Shown here: positions 1 to 13,260 of the stretch, one piece after another | Layout: each line of letters opens with the position of its first letter | Position numbering within the stretch: position 1 is the stretch's first letter | NCBI RefSeq assembly: GCF_036971445.1 | Contig: NC_091469.1 | Span: forward strand, 157,418,001 to 157,482,000 | Length of the DNA: 64,000 nucleotides | Origin: Narcine bancroftii | Lineage: Eukaryota | Reading direction: 5' to 3' | Translations under genes and position numbers: made by a program | The notes under the pieces: model-generated | The model's database searches: none | Seen by the model: only the letters and a program-made list of their open reading frames with translations | Told to the model about the DNA's origin: nothing

Positions 1-3000
1 TGGCCGACTGTGTACCAAAAATAGTAAAACTAGATCAAGCTGGATTTATTAAGAAAAGACGAACAACGGACAATATCTGTAAGTTCATTAACTTAATCCA
101 TGCAGTACAAGGAAACAAGACGCTGTCTTGCGTAAACTTATACCTCTCATTTTGTTCGTTTTAGATTGATTACAGTGTTTGAGCTACCGAAAGAAAATAG
201 ACACACACACCGAGAGCAGTTCAGTTTATACAAATATTTATTGGAAAATCAAAAGCTGATTTCACACTACAATATGCAAGCCCTTCCCAACTATACTTAT
301 CAACCCTTGGACTGGTCCCAACTGCCGAAGCGAGGCAACGACTGCACACTTGTAGTAGGTTGTCAGGGCGCCGGTAGCAGCTTCTCCACCTCACCTGACC
401 GGGACGTTGGCTGGACTCTAGAAGTTCTTCTTCTTACTGAGAGATGTTGCCACCTCTCGGAGAGTCTCAGACTTCAGCAGTGGGACCATGGCTTATATTA
501 CCCAAAAACTGCTTACCCAAGCACCTATTCCCAGCACAGCAAGAAAGATAAGCAAGCAAGCTAGCATGCTAGGCTTCTATCAAATAACATAATTTTCAGC
601 TTATCACTTTGAATACAATGGTTTATTTTGCATCAAGGCTAGGCCTCTGACAGTCTGTGACCAAAACAAGCAGGAAGATTAAATGTTTTGGTACACAGAA
701 GTCCTTTCTTCAGATAACTGCATCTCTGGCCCCTTGGTGGAATTTAGCTTATGTTTGCTGATTCTAAAAACAAGCAGGTTCTCAGCCTTGCAGAAGCAAA
801 GGCTGCAAAAGTAAAAAACAACACAGTTAGAATCTTCCATTACAGATGCCAACAGTGGTGGTTACCTTAGATGTAGAGAAAGTCTTTGACAGAGTAGAAT
901 GGAATTATTTATTCAAAGTACTATAGAGGTTCAACCTACCAGAGAAATATATTAATTGGATTAATATATAAGGGACCATTGGTGAAGGTGACAGTAAATG
1001 GATATATATCAAACCAATTTAAATTAAGCAGGTCAACTAGGCAGGGATGTCCACTATCTCCTTCACTGTTCACATTAGCTATAGAACCCTTGGCAGAACT
1101 GATAAGAACAGAAAATAAAATAAAAGAGAAGGAATACTATTTGCAGATGACATCATAGTATACTTAACAGAACCAGAATTATCAATAAAAGAATTACATA
1201 AGAAATTGAAGAAATATGGAGAAGTGTCGGGTTACAAGATCAACGCAAATAAAAGTGAAGCCATGCCAATGAATGATGCGGATTTCACAAAGTTTAAGAA
1301 AGAATCACCATTTAGATGGCAAACACAAGCAATTCGATACCTAGGTATACAACTAAATAATAATCTAGGCCATCTATACAAACTAAATTATCAGCCATTA
1401 ATTAAGAAATTACAAGATGACTTAGAACATTGGAAAGATTTACCACTAACACTAATAGGAAGGGTAAATTGCATTAAAATGAATATCTTCCCAAGGATAC
1501 AATACCTATTTCAATCATTACCAATTCACCGAACAGAGAAACTCTTCAAGGAGCTAAAGAAAATAATTTTAAAAATCTTATGGAAAGGGGGTAAACTGAG
1601 GGTAGCGCTAGATAAATTAACAGATTGGCACAAACAAGGGGGCTTACAGCTACCAAACTTTAAGAATTATTATAGAGCAGCACAATTGAGATACCTATCA
1701 GATTTTTATCAAACAAGGGAAAAACCAAATTGGACCAGATTAGAGCTAGATAAAATAGGGGAGAAGGTACCTGAACATATACTATATAAGTGGATGAAAA
1801 GCTGGTGCAACATAGGAGTTCACCAGTACTGCACCATCTGCTCAACATTTGGAACAAGATTCATGTAGAAAGGAAAAAAACAAATTACCCACTATCAAAA
1901 TTAATATTGACGCAAAATCAACTAATCCCTTTCACAATAGATAACCTTTCCTTTAGAAAATGGGAGAGAAAAGGGATCAAAAGAATAGAAAATTGTTTTT
2001 TGGGAAATAAATTATTATCTTTTGAAGAAATGAAGTACAAATATGGAATAACTCACGGTACAATGTTTGCATACCACCAACTGAAAATCTAAAAGGACAA
2101 ATTGGGAAGAAGGCTGAGGTTACCAGAAGGAAGCAGTTTTGAATATGTGATAATTAAAAGATTTATAACGAACACGTACATCAAACTGCAAGAGAAAGAA
2201 AACGAGGAAACAAGCTGTAAACCCAAATAAAAGTGGGAACAAGGTCTAAACATAAAGATAAAGAATGAAACATGGGAAAAGCTATGCTCCGGAACTATGA
2301 GAAATACAATAAACACGAGGTTACATATGATACAATATAATTGGTTACACCATGCCCCAAAAATTAAATAAATGGGACCCAACAGTGTCAGACAGATGTT
2401 TTCGCTGTAAGAAGGAAACAGGAACAACAGTACATGCAATTTGGGCATGTGAGAAAGTGAAAAGGTTTTGGGAAGATCTAAATCTGGTATTAAATAAAAT
2501 CACAAAAAGCATCCCAAAAAATCCAGAGATCTTTCTTCTAAGTAATATAAGAAGTAAAGAACTTGGCCTCGATTTGGTTGAAGCACAAAAAAGATTTATT
2601 ATGATAGCCTTAGTTGTAGCAAAAAAATGTATAATGTCAACCTGGAAATCAGAAGAGAGCCTGAGAATACAGCAATGGTACATGGAAATGAATAAATGTA
2701 TTCCATTGGAAAAAATAACATATAATTTAAAAAATAACGTCACAGTATTCGAACAAATTTGGGAACCGTACATGGAACACAACAGAGAGGACCTATCGCG
2801 GACCTCCATCCCCTAAAATAATAGAATGAGAAGAAGACGAAATGAACTGACCCAGAGTGTAAAAGTAGATGACACAAATCTCTTGTTTATTCTCATTGTG
2901 TGATGACATTGTCTAATGGGTTTAATGTATTGTATATATTGAACGTTTAGTGGGTAGGGAGGGGGTGGGGAGGAGGGAGGGAAGGGAGGGGGGGAAAGGG

Positions 3001-3102
3001 GAGAAAATGACACTGTGTATATTCAAGAAGGAAATGTTTATGTGTAATTTGGTTAATATGGTTCATAGTGTGAAAAATAAAAAAATTAAAAATAAAAAAA
3101 AA
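1..3102 (+). mobile_element. L1-clade LINE, 3' part (RT C-terminus, Cys-rich domain, G-rich 3'UTR, poly-A tail), decayed
   Basis: ORF pieces GYKINANKSE, GGLQLPNF and CFRCKKETGTTVHAIWAC; same family as 23649-31596; A-rich tail ends near 3102. Confidence 0.93.
124..844. mobile_element. Solo LTR inserted in the L1 RT region
   Basis: TG...CA ends; 5-bp TSD GACGC (119-123) / GATGC (845-849); the L1 sequence is continuous across it; AATAAA on the minus strand near 240. Confidence 0.78.
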
Positions 3103-3226
3103 TATATATATAGCCGAATGCTTTGTTTATCCATTGTTATGAAAATCTTGATGCAAACGTATGCAAATATTTATCCATTTATATCAACAAATTAAAGCTA
3201 TTTACAGCTGCATCGACAGAGTTTGA

Positions 3227-3232
3227 TTTATT
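3227..3232 (-). promoter_or_regulatory. Candidate poly(A) signal of the Siglec-like gene
   Basis: AATAAA on the minus strand about 205 nt after the stop codon, just before the converging L1 tail. Confidence 0.5.
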
Positions 3233-3437
3233 GGAGATAAGATGGTCATTCGGAATATCGCCGCTTACGTTTCTTTGAAGATGACGTTTTGAAATTGGGA
3301 AATACTAGATATTGGAAAGTGTCATCCACACTGCTCCCTGTATGTGTCTCGAGGTTCCAATCCAGCTGATGATCAGAACTCCTTCAATGTTGTCCAGGGA
3401 GGTGTGTAGTGCACAGGAGACTTGATCTTCTTTCACA

Positions 3438-3478
3438 TCATTGTTTATTTGAGTTAACAACTGTTGCGTAAATCTCAG
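3438..3478 (-). CDS. Siglec-15-like receptor, terminal coding exon (AEIYATVVNSNKQ*) with distal ITIM-like motif
   Basis: Acceptor ttgttcctgtttcag|CT. A phase-1 join to the previous exon gives A-E-I-Y-A-T-V and a TGA at 3440-3438, followed by unique 3'UTR-like sequence with AATAAA. Confidence 0.75.
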
Positions 3479-4529
3479 CTGAAACAGGAACAACTCCATT
3501 TTAGAATTTCATTCTATGTATAGAGCTGAACTTTTCAGAAACATACTAAACACAAAATGGAACGAGATAGTACAGGAACAAACCTTTTGGCAGGCATTGT
3601 CTGTCCTTGACACAATGCCACTCAAACTAAATCACTTCTGCCCATACGATAAATATCTCTTTCTACAAGTGTCCATCTAGAAGCCGCTTAAACACAATTA
3701 TATCACTGAAGGCACAGGAGAGACTGCAGTAGCTGGAATCAGAAGCTAATCTGGAATCTGGAGTTCATCCAGATATTTTCGTAATCTCAGAAAAATCTTC
3801 TTCATTCTACCATACCATTTGTTGTTTTGTTTTAAACTGTAGATTTAATTACTTTAAGTTCGACTGTCTTCGCTGCTACATCAGGATTTCAACCCACGCG
3901 ATTAATGATCTGAGACTTTGGTGTTAGGAAATGAACCATGGCGTTATTGTACAGCCGATGAGATGCCCTTGGGCCAACCATTCTCAACCTCATTTGAACT
4001 GTGGCCCTTCTAGGACTCTGCTCAACGTTTTTGGCCCCCTCCCCGTAAAGCAGCCAAACTGGTTTCTTCCATGCTTCTCTCCCCTGACATCATTAAAAAA
4101 AACACATAAAATGTATGTTTAAAGAATTTCTTGCATGTAGCGTTATGACAATAATGGAACATTTACCTTTTTTTATGTGGGGTGGAAAGAAAACAAAAGC
4201 TTTCACTTAAATGTGGTGTGGCCCCTGGAGGGGGTGAGGGGTTGACATAGGGCTGCTCAGGGTCAGTCACTAGAGAGCAACAGCTCACAGGCCGATGTGT
4301 CAGAACCGGGAGAACTGATCAGAGATAGGGTATTAACATACTCACACTCATTGATACGATTTGCAGTCTGATCATTTCAGGGTTTCAGTTCAGGTTAACA
4401 ATGGAGATTACAGACTTTAGCATGTAAACAAACAGGATTTTCCTGCCATAAAAAAACCCACTGGAACTTGATCCTTGCAATTCCCTCCAAATCATGCCCT
4501 GACAGACCACAGGCTATTATTTGGATAGG

Positions 4530-4895
4530 ATAGAAGAATGAGGGAAGATTATGAGGGGGATTTACAGAGTAAATGTGAGTAGGTTTCTTCCACTGAGGAT
4601 AGGTGAGATACAAACCAGAGGGCCTGGGATAATGGTGAAAGGGGGAATGTTTAGGGGGGAACCTCTTCACACAGAGAGTGGTGGGAGTGTGGAAAGATCT
4701 GCCAGCAGAAGCGATGAATGCGGGCTCAATTTTAACATTTAAGAAGAATTTGGACAGGTACATGGATGGAAGAGGTATGGAGGGCTATGGACTGGTTGCA
4801 GAACAGTGGAATTAGACAAAAAAAAATGGTTTGGCACAGACTAGAAGGGCCAAAGGAGCCTGTTTCTGTGCTGTAATGTTCTCTGGTTCTCTATG
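4530..4895 (+). mobile_element. CR1 LINE 3' fragment
   Basis: Decayed FPLR.GE..TRG / FTQRVV motifs and the CR1 3' tail ctgtgctgtaatgttct. Confidence 0.8.
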
Positions 4896-6340
4896 GGGAG
4901 GTCATTCAAAGTTTGGAGGTGCAAAGGGACTTGGGAATCCTCGTGCAGGATATCCAAAAGGTTAATGTCAAGACTGAGTCAGTGGTGGAGAAGGCAAATG
5001 CGATGTTGGTATTCAGATTTCAAATTTTTTGTCAGAGAACATACATGACATCACATACAACCCTGAGATTCCTTTTTCCTGGGGACAAGGCAGAATTTCC
5101 ACTAATTGGTAGTGCAATAAATAAACAGTACGCAGCGTAAACATGTAAATCAGTGGTCTCAAACTTTTTCTTTCCACTCACTCCCACTTTAAGTATTCCC
5201 TATGCCATCGGGGCTCTGTGATTAGTAAGGGATTGCTTAAGGTGGTCTGTGAGTGGGAAGGGAAGGTTGAGAATCACTGCTCTAGACCCAATTGTTACTG
5301 GAATATTTTGCTCGAGAAAAATTGTCATTGTCCCATTTCCTTTGGAGTTATGAAACCGTGCACATAACGAGTCAATGAAGTACGATGAAAACAGTGATTT
5401 TCAAACTTTTTCTTTCCATCCACATACCACCTTAAGCAATCCCTTACTAATCATAGAGCTCTGATGGCATAGGGAATACTTGAAGTATGTAAATGGAAAG
5501 AAAAAGGTTGAGAACCACTGATGTAAACAAATAAAGAACTGTAAACAAATATTGAATGTAAACAAATTGACTGCAAAACAGAGAGAACAAAAATGAAAAT
5601 CAATAAAGTGCACAAGCAAGAGTCGTTAAATAAGTCCCTGATTGAGTTTGACGTTGAGGAGTCTGATGGTGGAGGGGGAGCAGCTGTTCCTGAACCTGGT
5701 GGTGCGAGTCTTGTGGCCCCGAGACCTCTTTCCTGATGGCAGAAGTGCTGGGTGGTTCATATTTAGAGGAATAGTATATAAGAGCAGGGATGTGATGCTG
5801 AGGTTTTGTAAGGTACTGGTAGAACCACACTTGGAATTTTGGGTACAGTTTTGGGCTCCTTATTTAAGGCAGGTTGTGCTGGCATTGGAAATGTTTCAGA
5901 GAAGATTCCTGGAATTAAGGGATTAGCATATGAGGAAAGTTTGACGGCTCTTGAAGTGAATTCCTTGGAGTTCAGAATAATGAGCATTTGGATGTTGAAA
6001 GGCCTGGTAAGAGTAGATGTGACAAAGTAGTTTCCCATGGTAGAGGAGTCTTGGGCAAGAGGGCACAACTTCAGGATTGGAAACAGAGATGCGGAGGGAT
6101 TTCTTTAGCCAGAGAAGGGTGAACCTCTGGAATTTACTGCCACAGGCTGCTGTGGAGGCCAGGCCATTGGGTACATTTAAGGCAGAGATTGGCAGTATCT
6201 GAATAGTCAAGGTATCAAGGGTTATGGGGAGCAGGTAGGGAAGTGAGGCTGAGTGGGAGAATGGATCCTCTCATGTTGGAATGGTGGAGCAGGCTCAAGG
6301 GGTTGAATAGCCTACTTCTGCTCCTGTATTTTGTGGTCTT
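4896..6340 (+). mobile_element. CR1 LINE 3' fragment, interrupted by a Rex/L2-like 3' end (about 5013-5745, minus strand) that contains a MITE
   Basis: VQRDLGILV..KANAML resumes as ..RGIVYKSRDVMLR..PHLEFWVQFW after the insert. Confidence 0.75.
5151..5520. mobile_element. hAT-type composite MITE (two ~129-bp TIR-bounded units plus a spacer)
   Basis: Ends CAGTGGTCTCAAAC...GGTTGAGAACCACTG; 8-bp TSD ATGTAAAT/ATGTAAAC. Confidence 0.85.
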
Positions 6341-7229
6341 GTGAAGGTCACTCCAGGTGCTGTGCTCTCCAGAGTTCCAGACTCAGTGGGAAACCCGATG
6401 CATGTGGTAGCATGGATAACTGTTCTGTGTGCTGTGGTGTAAGTAACCTCTGTGATCAGTGCTACCTTTACATCAGGGAACACAAACTCCCAAGGGAATC
6501 GTGTTATTCCTTCAGTGGCCTTGCCATTGGCGATCATGTCTCTCTGTCCATCACGATCTCTGACCCTCCGAATTGTAGTTGTTGCCTCCCCTGTTCTCCT
6601 TCGGTGAAGGCTCCGTCTTTGAGCTGAGACTGTAGTCGATGTTGAGGTCATGATTATACAAGGGGTAGAATAATGAAGTGGTTTCCCATTGCCTTCTTCA
6701 GTTGCAGGGTCCACACTGGACGGGTAATCCTGGCCATTGATCAGTAGATTCATCTGCCCAGTGTTTTTAGTTGTACAACCATAAATTCCAATTTGTAGAA
6801 TCTGCTTGTAAAAACCATCCACCACCTGCAACCCATAGCTTCACGTGACCCTGACTGGGAGGCTAAACAGGTAACTACACCTTGCCCAAGGGTGACCTGT
6901 ACCTATCAGAGAAAAGGAGATTGCAGAACACTAACACCGACGGAATCCATGTAGATGCTGGAATTTCCTGTTCACTGCCACCCAAATTCCTTACCTGTCT
7001 CTTCCTTGGCTCTGGGGGCACTTTGGACATTGCTGTAGAGGGACAAACCTGGAGACTTCTGTGGATCTGGAAATCACAGAGATACTTATTGAAACCCCCT
7101 CATCCTCTCCCCACTTCATTCTTTCATTAAAACAACCATCTCCACAACTCTGACAGCCCCGCACCTTCCTGTCCTGATAACCCCATCCACCCTCTCCTGC
7201 CCTTTTTGCCCTTCTTCCCTCGCGATCCA

Positions 7230-7330
7230 CAGACGTGCTGGAGAAACTCAGCAGGTTACGCAGCAGCCATCAGAACTTTACCTTACCCGACGGGTGCTGC
7301 GTGACCTACTGAGTTTTTCCAGCATGTTTG
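7230..7330. repeat. Hairpin (Penelope-end-related) mini element
   Basis: Inverted arms of about 36 bp, ..gctggagaaactcagcagg.. / ..cctactgagtttttccagc..; the same motif flanks 20604-23272. Confidence 0.65.
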
Positions 7331-8389
7331 CGGGCTGCACTCGACCCCAGACTTACATTTTTAACATCCTTCTTCCCTTATTCTCCAAAATCTGGGAGAA
7401 CCTGAACTCCAATTGGAGTCTGCCTCTTCTCCCTGTAGCCGCTTTCCTCTGGGTTCTCCACATCCCAAAGAAAAGCGGGTTGGTAGGTCAATTGGTAAGT
7501 ATGTCCCTTAAATTGTAATGTCCTGCCCCAAAAGGCAGTTGGTTGCTCCTCTTCTCTCTGCATGCCCCTCTCCCCACCCAAATGCCCCTTTCATCTGCTT
7601 GTCACACTCAAATCTTTTGGCCGGCATTGTCTGTGCCTTGAGTGCACGTTCACTGCTCTTAATCTGACAGCAACTTTGTCCCCTCTACCAAAATTCACAC
7701 CTCACACTTACCCATAGAGTCTCTTTCTCCTACTCTAGCCCATTTGCATTTCCTGCTTCTTGCCTGCCTTGTGGGAAGCAGAAGACGACACCCCTGTGTT
7801 GAGATGTAATTACACCACTAGGAGACCAGGAGTCATCCACCGCGATGACCTTGTATATGAAGCAGTCCAGAGATACAATCTAGCTTTCCAGGTTCGTCTT
7901 GCAGAGAGACAAGACCTCTTAGTGTACATATTAGTTTATTAAAGCTGTCTTATACTCACACTGCTGGTGTGGTTATTGGCAGTATAACCAGCAAGGTCTT
8001 TGGGCCTGTCACACCTTGGGCCTTGCCGCTGCTTCCACCATGAGGGGCTTTACCCACACCCTCCCTCTCAAAGTCAGGATGTCAGACACCAAGCCCACCA
8101 AGCAGGGCTAGGTGGGATCCCCGGTGTGTGCTCTCAGCCCAAATGCCTGCTCCCTGACCTACCAGCTGGGAACAGGAATTCCCAGATGGTGTTCACACCA
8201 CTGCTGGTGTTGGGCTGCACAACCTGATGGCTCCACTCTTTACCTGTTTTTGCTTCCACTTCAGAACGTCTTCGAATGTGAACAGTGCTGTAAATAACAG
8301 CATCTGAAGAATCTGGAAAGGACACAGATTTACTGCCTTAGCTCCAAAATCCCACTTTTTAGTTCTTTTTTTGTTACATTTTTGGTGGT

Positions 8390-9210
8390 AAATCTGGACC
8401 AGCTGGAAAAATGGACTGAAAAATGGCAAATGAAATGACAAGTGTGAGGTGTTGCATTTTGGAAGGACAAACCAAGAAAGGACGTACACGGTAATTGGTC
8501 GGGCACTGAGGAGTGGGGTAGAACAGAGGGATCTGGAAACACAGATACATAATTCCCTGAAAGTGGCATCACAGGTGGATAGAGTTGTAAAGAGAGCTTT
8601 TGGCATCTTGACCTTCATAAATCCAAGTATTGAGTGTAAGAGTTGAGATGTTATGGTAAAGTTCTATAAGACATTGGTGAGGTCCAATTGGAGAATTGGA
8701 TGCAGTTTTGGTCACCTAACTACAGGAAAAGATATCAATAAGATTGAAAGAATGTAGAGATTTACTGGGATGTTGTCTGGATTTCAGGAACTGAGTTACA
8801 GGGAAAGGTTAAACAGGTTTGATTTTATTCCCAGGAGCGTAGAAGAATAAGGGGAGATTTGATAGAAGTATTTAAAATTATGAGGGGGTTAAAGTAAATG
8901 TAGACAGATTTTTCCACTGAGGTTAAATGAGAAACAAACCATAGGGTGAAATGGAAACATTTTAGGTGAACATTAGAGGAAAACTTCTTCAGACAGAGAG
9001 TGGTGGGTGTATGGAACGAGCTGCCAGTTGATGAATGTGGACTCAATTTTAACATTTAAGAAGAATTTGGACAGGTACATGGATGGGAGAGGTATGGAGG
9101 GTGATGGACATGGTGCAGGTCAGTGGGACTGGGCAAAAAAAAATGGTTCGGCACAAAGAACCTAGAAGGGTCGAAGGGGCCTTTTTCTGTGCTGTAATGT
9201 ACTATGGTTC
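8390..9210 (+). mobile_element. CR1 LINE 3' fragment
   Basis: LHFGRTNQ..EQRDL..VDRVVKRAFG motifs and a CR1 tail. Confidence 0.85.
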
Positions 9211-10119
9211 AAATTCAATACAATTACTGCATTAATCTGCAATTCAAACTATTCACACAAAACACAATTTACAAATTAAAACATGAACATCTCTGTCGAT
9301 ACTGTCAAACCCTTGGGGAGCCATCTGTTCAGGGAGACCCTCCAAGCTGCCCGTGAGCACTGAGTGCTCCTTTTCCAGGGATACACGGCACACAGGGGTC
9401 CTCACCTTCTTGCCTGTTAGCCCTTGGACCTTCACTTCTTCATTCCTTTGATCAGCCCACGATGCCTGCCCTGACAGCCTCTCCCAACACTCCTCCTGCT
9501 CCAAGCCCATCCCTCAATCTCTGAATCCCCTCTTCACCTTGCCAGCGATGGCCCTTCCTTGATTGGCTTCATCTCTTGCCAACCCTACCCCAGCCATTAT
9601 AGCTCATTCTCCCTGCGTACAGAGAGCCTTCTCTTCCACTTGCCTGGTCCCTGTTACAAAACCAACAGATGGAAAATAAACAGATAAGAAAATCATGGAA
9701 AAGGAGGATTTCTGCAGGCTCCCTGTGGTTTTGCTGCTTGCCAAGTTTTCATTGCTCCTTAACCATCTCCATCTCCTTTAGCAGTCAGTAAAAACTTGGA
9801 GGGCAGCCTGTCACTCCTGCCTCTTCAATGGAGATCACAATGTATTTAACTTCGGCTGCAAGTCTCTATCCAACCTCTGCATGATAAATTTCACCCACCC
9901 CCACCCCGTGTACATCAAGTATGTGATGAAAATTCTGATGAAGGTTTTTCAAACTCTAACCACTGTTTTTCACTTTAAGGGTTGTGTGGTTTGCTAAATG
10001 TTTCTTCTTTTAAAATCGAAACCAGCTCTTCCTCAAAAATATTCAAGATTCTGCTTCTGCCTTTTTGGTGAAGGAAAATCATCTGAAAAAAAAATGACCT
10101 CAGCTCTGAGAAAATAATA

Positions 10120-10590
10120 AGTTGAGATGATATAGTAAAGTTGTACTAGGCACTGGTGAGGCCAAATTGAAGTATTGTGTCCAATTTTCGGCACCTAAGT
10201 CCAGGAAAGATCATAGTAAGATAGAAAGAGTGCAGAGATTTACTAGGATGTTGCCCGGACTTCAGGAGCTGAGTTACAGGGAAAGATTAAACAGGTTAGG
10301 ACTTTATTCCCTGAAGCGCAGAAGAATGAAGGGAAATTTCATAGAGGCACATAAAAATTATAATGGGTGTAGACAAAGTAAATGCGAGCAGACTTTTTCC
10401 ACTGGGGGTTGGTGAGATATGGGGTAAGGGTGAAAGGTAAAATGTTGAAAGGGCACATTCGGAAGAGTGGTGGGAGTGTGGAAGAAGCTGCCAGCTGAAG
10501 TGAGGAATGCAGGCCGATTTTGGCATTTACCAAACATTTGGACTACAACGTGGGTGGGAGTGGTATGGTATGGGTACAGGCCAATGGGAC
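10120..10590 (+). mobile_element. CR1 LINE 3' fragment
   Basis: YCVQFSAP..ERVQRFTRMLPGL..LGLYSL motifs. Confidence 0.8.
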
Positions 10591-10591
10591 T

Positions 10592-10800
10592 AGGCTCAGT
10601 TAGTGTAGCAGTTAGCACAACGAGATCACATCCAATGCTGTCTATAAGGTGTTTGTACGTTTTCCCAATATGTGCATGGGTTTCCTCCCACTGCCCAAAA
10701 TGTATAGGGTTGAAGGTTAATTGGATGTAACTGGGGGGCTCGTCGGCACACACTAGATGGGCTGAAGGGCCTGTTTCAGTGCGGTAGTGTTCGATGGTTT
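10592..10800 (+). mobile_element. tRNA-derived V-SINE-like element
   Basis: Core gtttgtacgttttccc..tgcatgggtttcc shared with other copies in the window; CR1-like tail. Confidence 0.65.
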
Positions 10801-13260
10801 TATCCATCTTTTCTGGAGCTTAATGCAGTCTTCTCCCACGTTACAGTCTATTACCCCCATCCATAATAGTCCCTGTTCCCACGCCATTCATTTCACATCT
10901 GCCATTGAAGCAAATGCCCCAATTATTTCTCCAGCCCAGTCACCTCTTAGCTGGGCTTAACTCCTGTTATCCAAAATGGTACCAGTTCAGCAAAGCAAAA
11001 AAATCTCTTTTGTTCTCATCCATAATCTGACCCAACTCCATATTCCTGAGATCTTTGCCATTTTACTGTAGTAATAGAGTGCTACCACTAGTAGGAGTCG
11101 GAGACAAGTTTGTGGAATCTTGGGAATTCAAGATAGATGCCTCCACATGAGGTCTTAGTCCTGTGTGCTTTAGTTAAGAAGGAATAGTTGTTTAAAAAAA
11201 AACCCAAGTTTCTTTATTGAAATAAAAGAAACAAAGAAACATCACATGTTACTAGGAGTGGCAGAAGCTGGACCAGGCTGAAAGAAAACACCACAGTGTG
11301 AAGAGTGAGTATCAGTCAATAGCAGTAGAGACATGGAAAGTGTAAAGGCTCCTGATGCCGTAAATTGGACTGGAAATGTCGACATCAAGTGGAAGCTATT
11401 TAAACAAATATTCAGGCTTTACCTGCAGGCCATTGGAATCGAGAGCAAACCTGATACACAGAAGATTCTACTACTTGTTACCGTGGTGGGGTCTCAAGCT
11501 CTAGAGGTTTTCAACACATTTGTTTTTGCCAAGGGATGTATTATAGACCACCTAATGGAGAATGAGGACTAGAGGAGCAAATCTATAGAGAGACAGCAGA
11601 TATTTGTAATAAGCACAGGGTTGTGATTTCCAAATATAGATTGGGAAACCGATTCTGTGATAGGGTTGGGTGGATTGGAGTTTGTAAAATGTGGTGGCAG
11701 TGTTGGATCTACTGTTGCGGAATGTGATAGGTCAGATGATGGAGGTAGGTGTTGGGAGTACTTTGGGTCCAGTGATCATGGTGCCATTCGCTTCAATCTA
11801 ATTATGGAAAGGGATAGATCAGGGCCTAGGGTTGAGGTTTTCGAGTGGGGAAAATCTAGATTTGAGGAATGCAAAAATTTACAAGGAGTGGATTGGGACA
11901 ATTTGTCTTATGGGCAGCATGTAGTAGAGAAATGGAGGTCCTTTAAAGGAAAGATTTTCAGGGTACAAAATCTTTATGTTCCTGTTAGGTTCAAAGGCAA
12001 AGTCAAAAGTTTGAGAGATCCATGGCTTTCAAAAGATATAGGAAATTTGGTTCGAAAATAGAGGGAGACTTACAATAAATGTAAGAAACAAGGAATAAAG
12101 GAGATGTTTGGAGAATACATTAAATGTAAAAAGAACCTTAAGAAAGAAATTAGAAAAGCTAAAAGCTATAGCAAGCAGGGTGAAAATAAATCCAAAGGGT
12201 TTCTACAAATATGTTAATAGCAAAAGGGGAGAGAGGGATAAAATCAGTCCCCAAGAGAATCACAGTGGACAACTGTGTGTGGAGCCAAAAGAGATGGGGG
12301 TAGATCTTGAACAATTTCTTTTCTTCAGTATTCACTAAGGAGAAAGATATTGAATCGTGCAGGGTAAAGGAATCAAAGAGGGTAATTATGGAGACTCTAG
12401 AAATTAAAAAAGAGGAAGTACTGGAGCTTTGAAGCAGATAAATGTGGATAAGTCTCCAGGTCCCGATGGGATTTTCCCCAGGACCTTGAGAGAAGTTTGT
12501 GAGGAAATAGCGGAGGCTCTGACAGTGGTTTTTCAAATGTCATTAGAGACGGGTATCGTGCCAGACGGTTGGGGTATTGCACGTATGGTTCCATTGTTTA
12601 AAAAGGGTTCGAGGAGCAAGCCTAGCAATTATCGTTCTGCAAGTTTTTATCTTTGTGGTAGGTAAATTGATGGAAAGTGGTCTTAGAGACTGTGTGTATA
12701 TGTAAGTATCTGGAGAGAAGAGGTCAGATCAGGAATATTCAACATGGATTTGTGCGTGGAAAGTCACGTTTGATCAATCTTGTTGAATTTTTGAAGAGAT
12801 GACTAGGAATGTTGATGAGGGTAGAGCAGTGGATGTTGTCTATATGGACCAGTAAGGTCTTCGATAAGGTTCCGCATGGAAGGTTATTCAGGAAGGTTCA
12901 GTCGTTAGGTATTAATTTTGAGATAGTCATATGGATTCACCAGTGGCTGGAAGGGAGATGCCATAGAGTTAGAGTGGATAACTGTTTGTCTGGCTGGAAG
13001 CTGGTGACAAGCTGATCTGGATTGGGACCTTTGTTGTTTGTCTTATACATCAATGATCTGGATGATGGGGCGGTAAACTGGATTAGTAAATAGGCAGATG
13101 GTATTACAATAGGTGGAATTGTGGATATTTTTAAAGTTTGTAGAAGAGTTTGGACTGCTTAGGAGAGTGGGCTGAAAGATGGCAGATGGAGTTTAATACT
13201 GAGAAGTGTGAAGTGCTCCATTTTGGAAGAAATAATCAAAACAGGGTGTACGTAGTAAAT

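Noticed and set aside
6295-6900. 178-aa minus-strand ORF and RTE/SINE-like motif agtggtttcccattgccttc
   Set aside because: No recognisable domain or splice structure; probably an old repeat that I cannot classify.
7795-7990. Possible short solo LTR
   Set aside because: LTR-like composition, but no TSD or clean CA terminus.
9560-9700. Acceptor-like site (tttgtaacag|GGACCAG) on the minus strand in the last intron
   Set aside because: A phase-1 join stops after about 15 codons with no motif, and there is no clear donor. It could be a minor alternative end but is unsupported.
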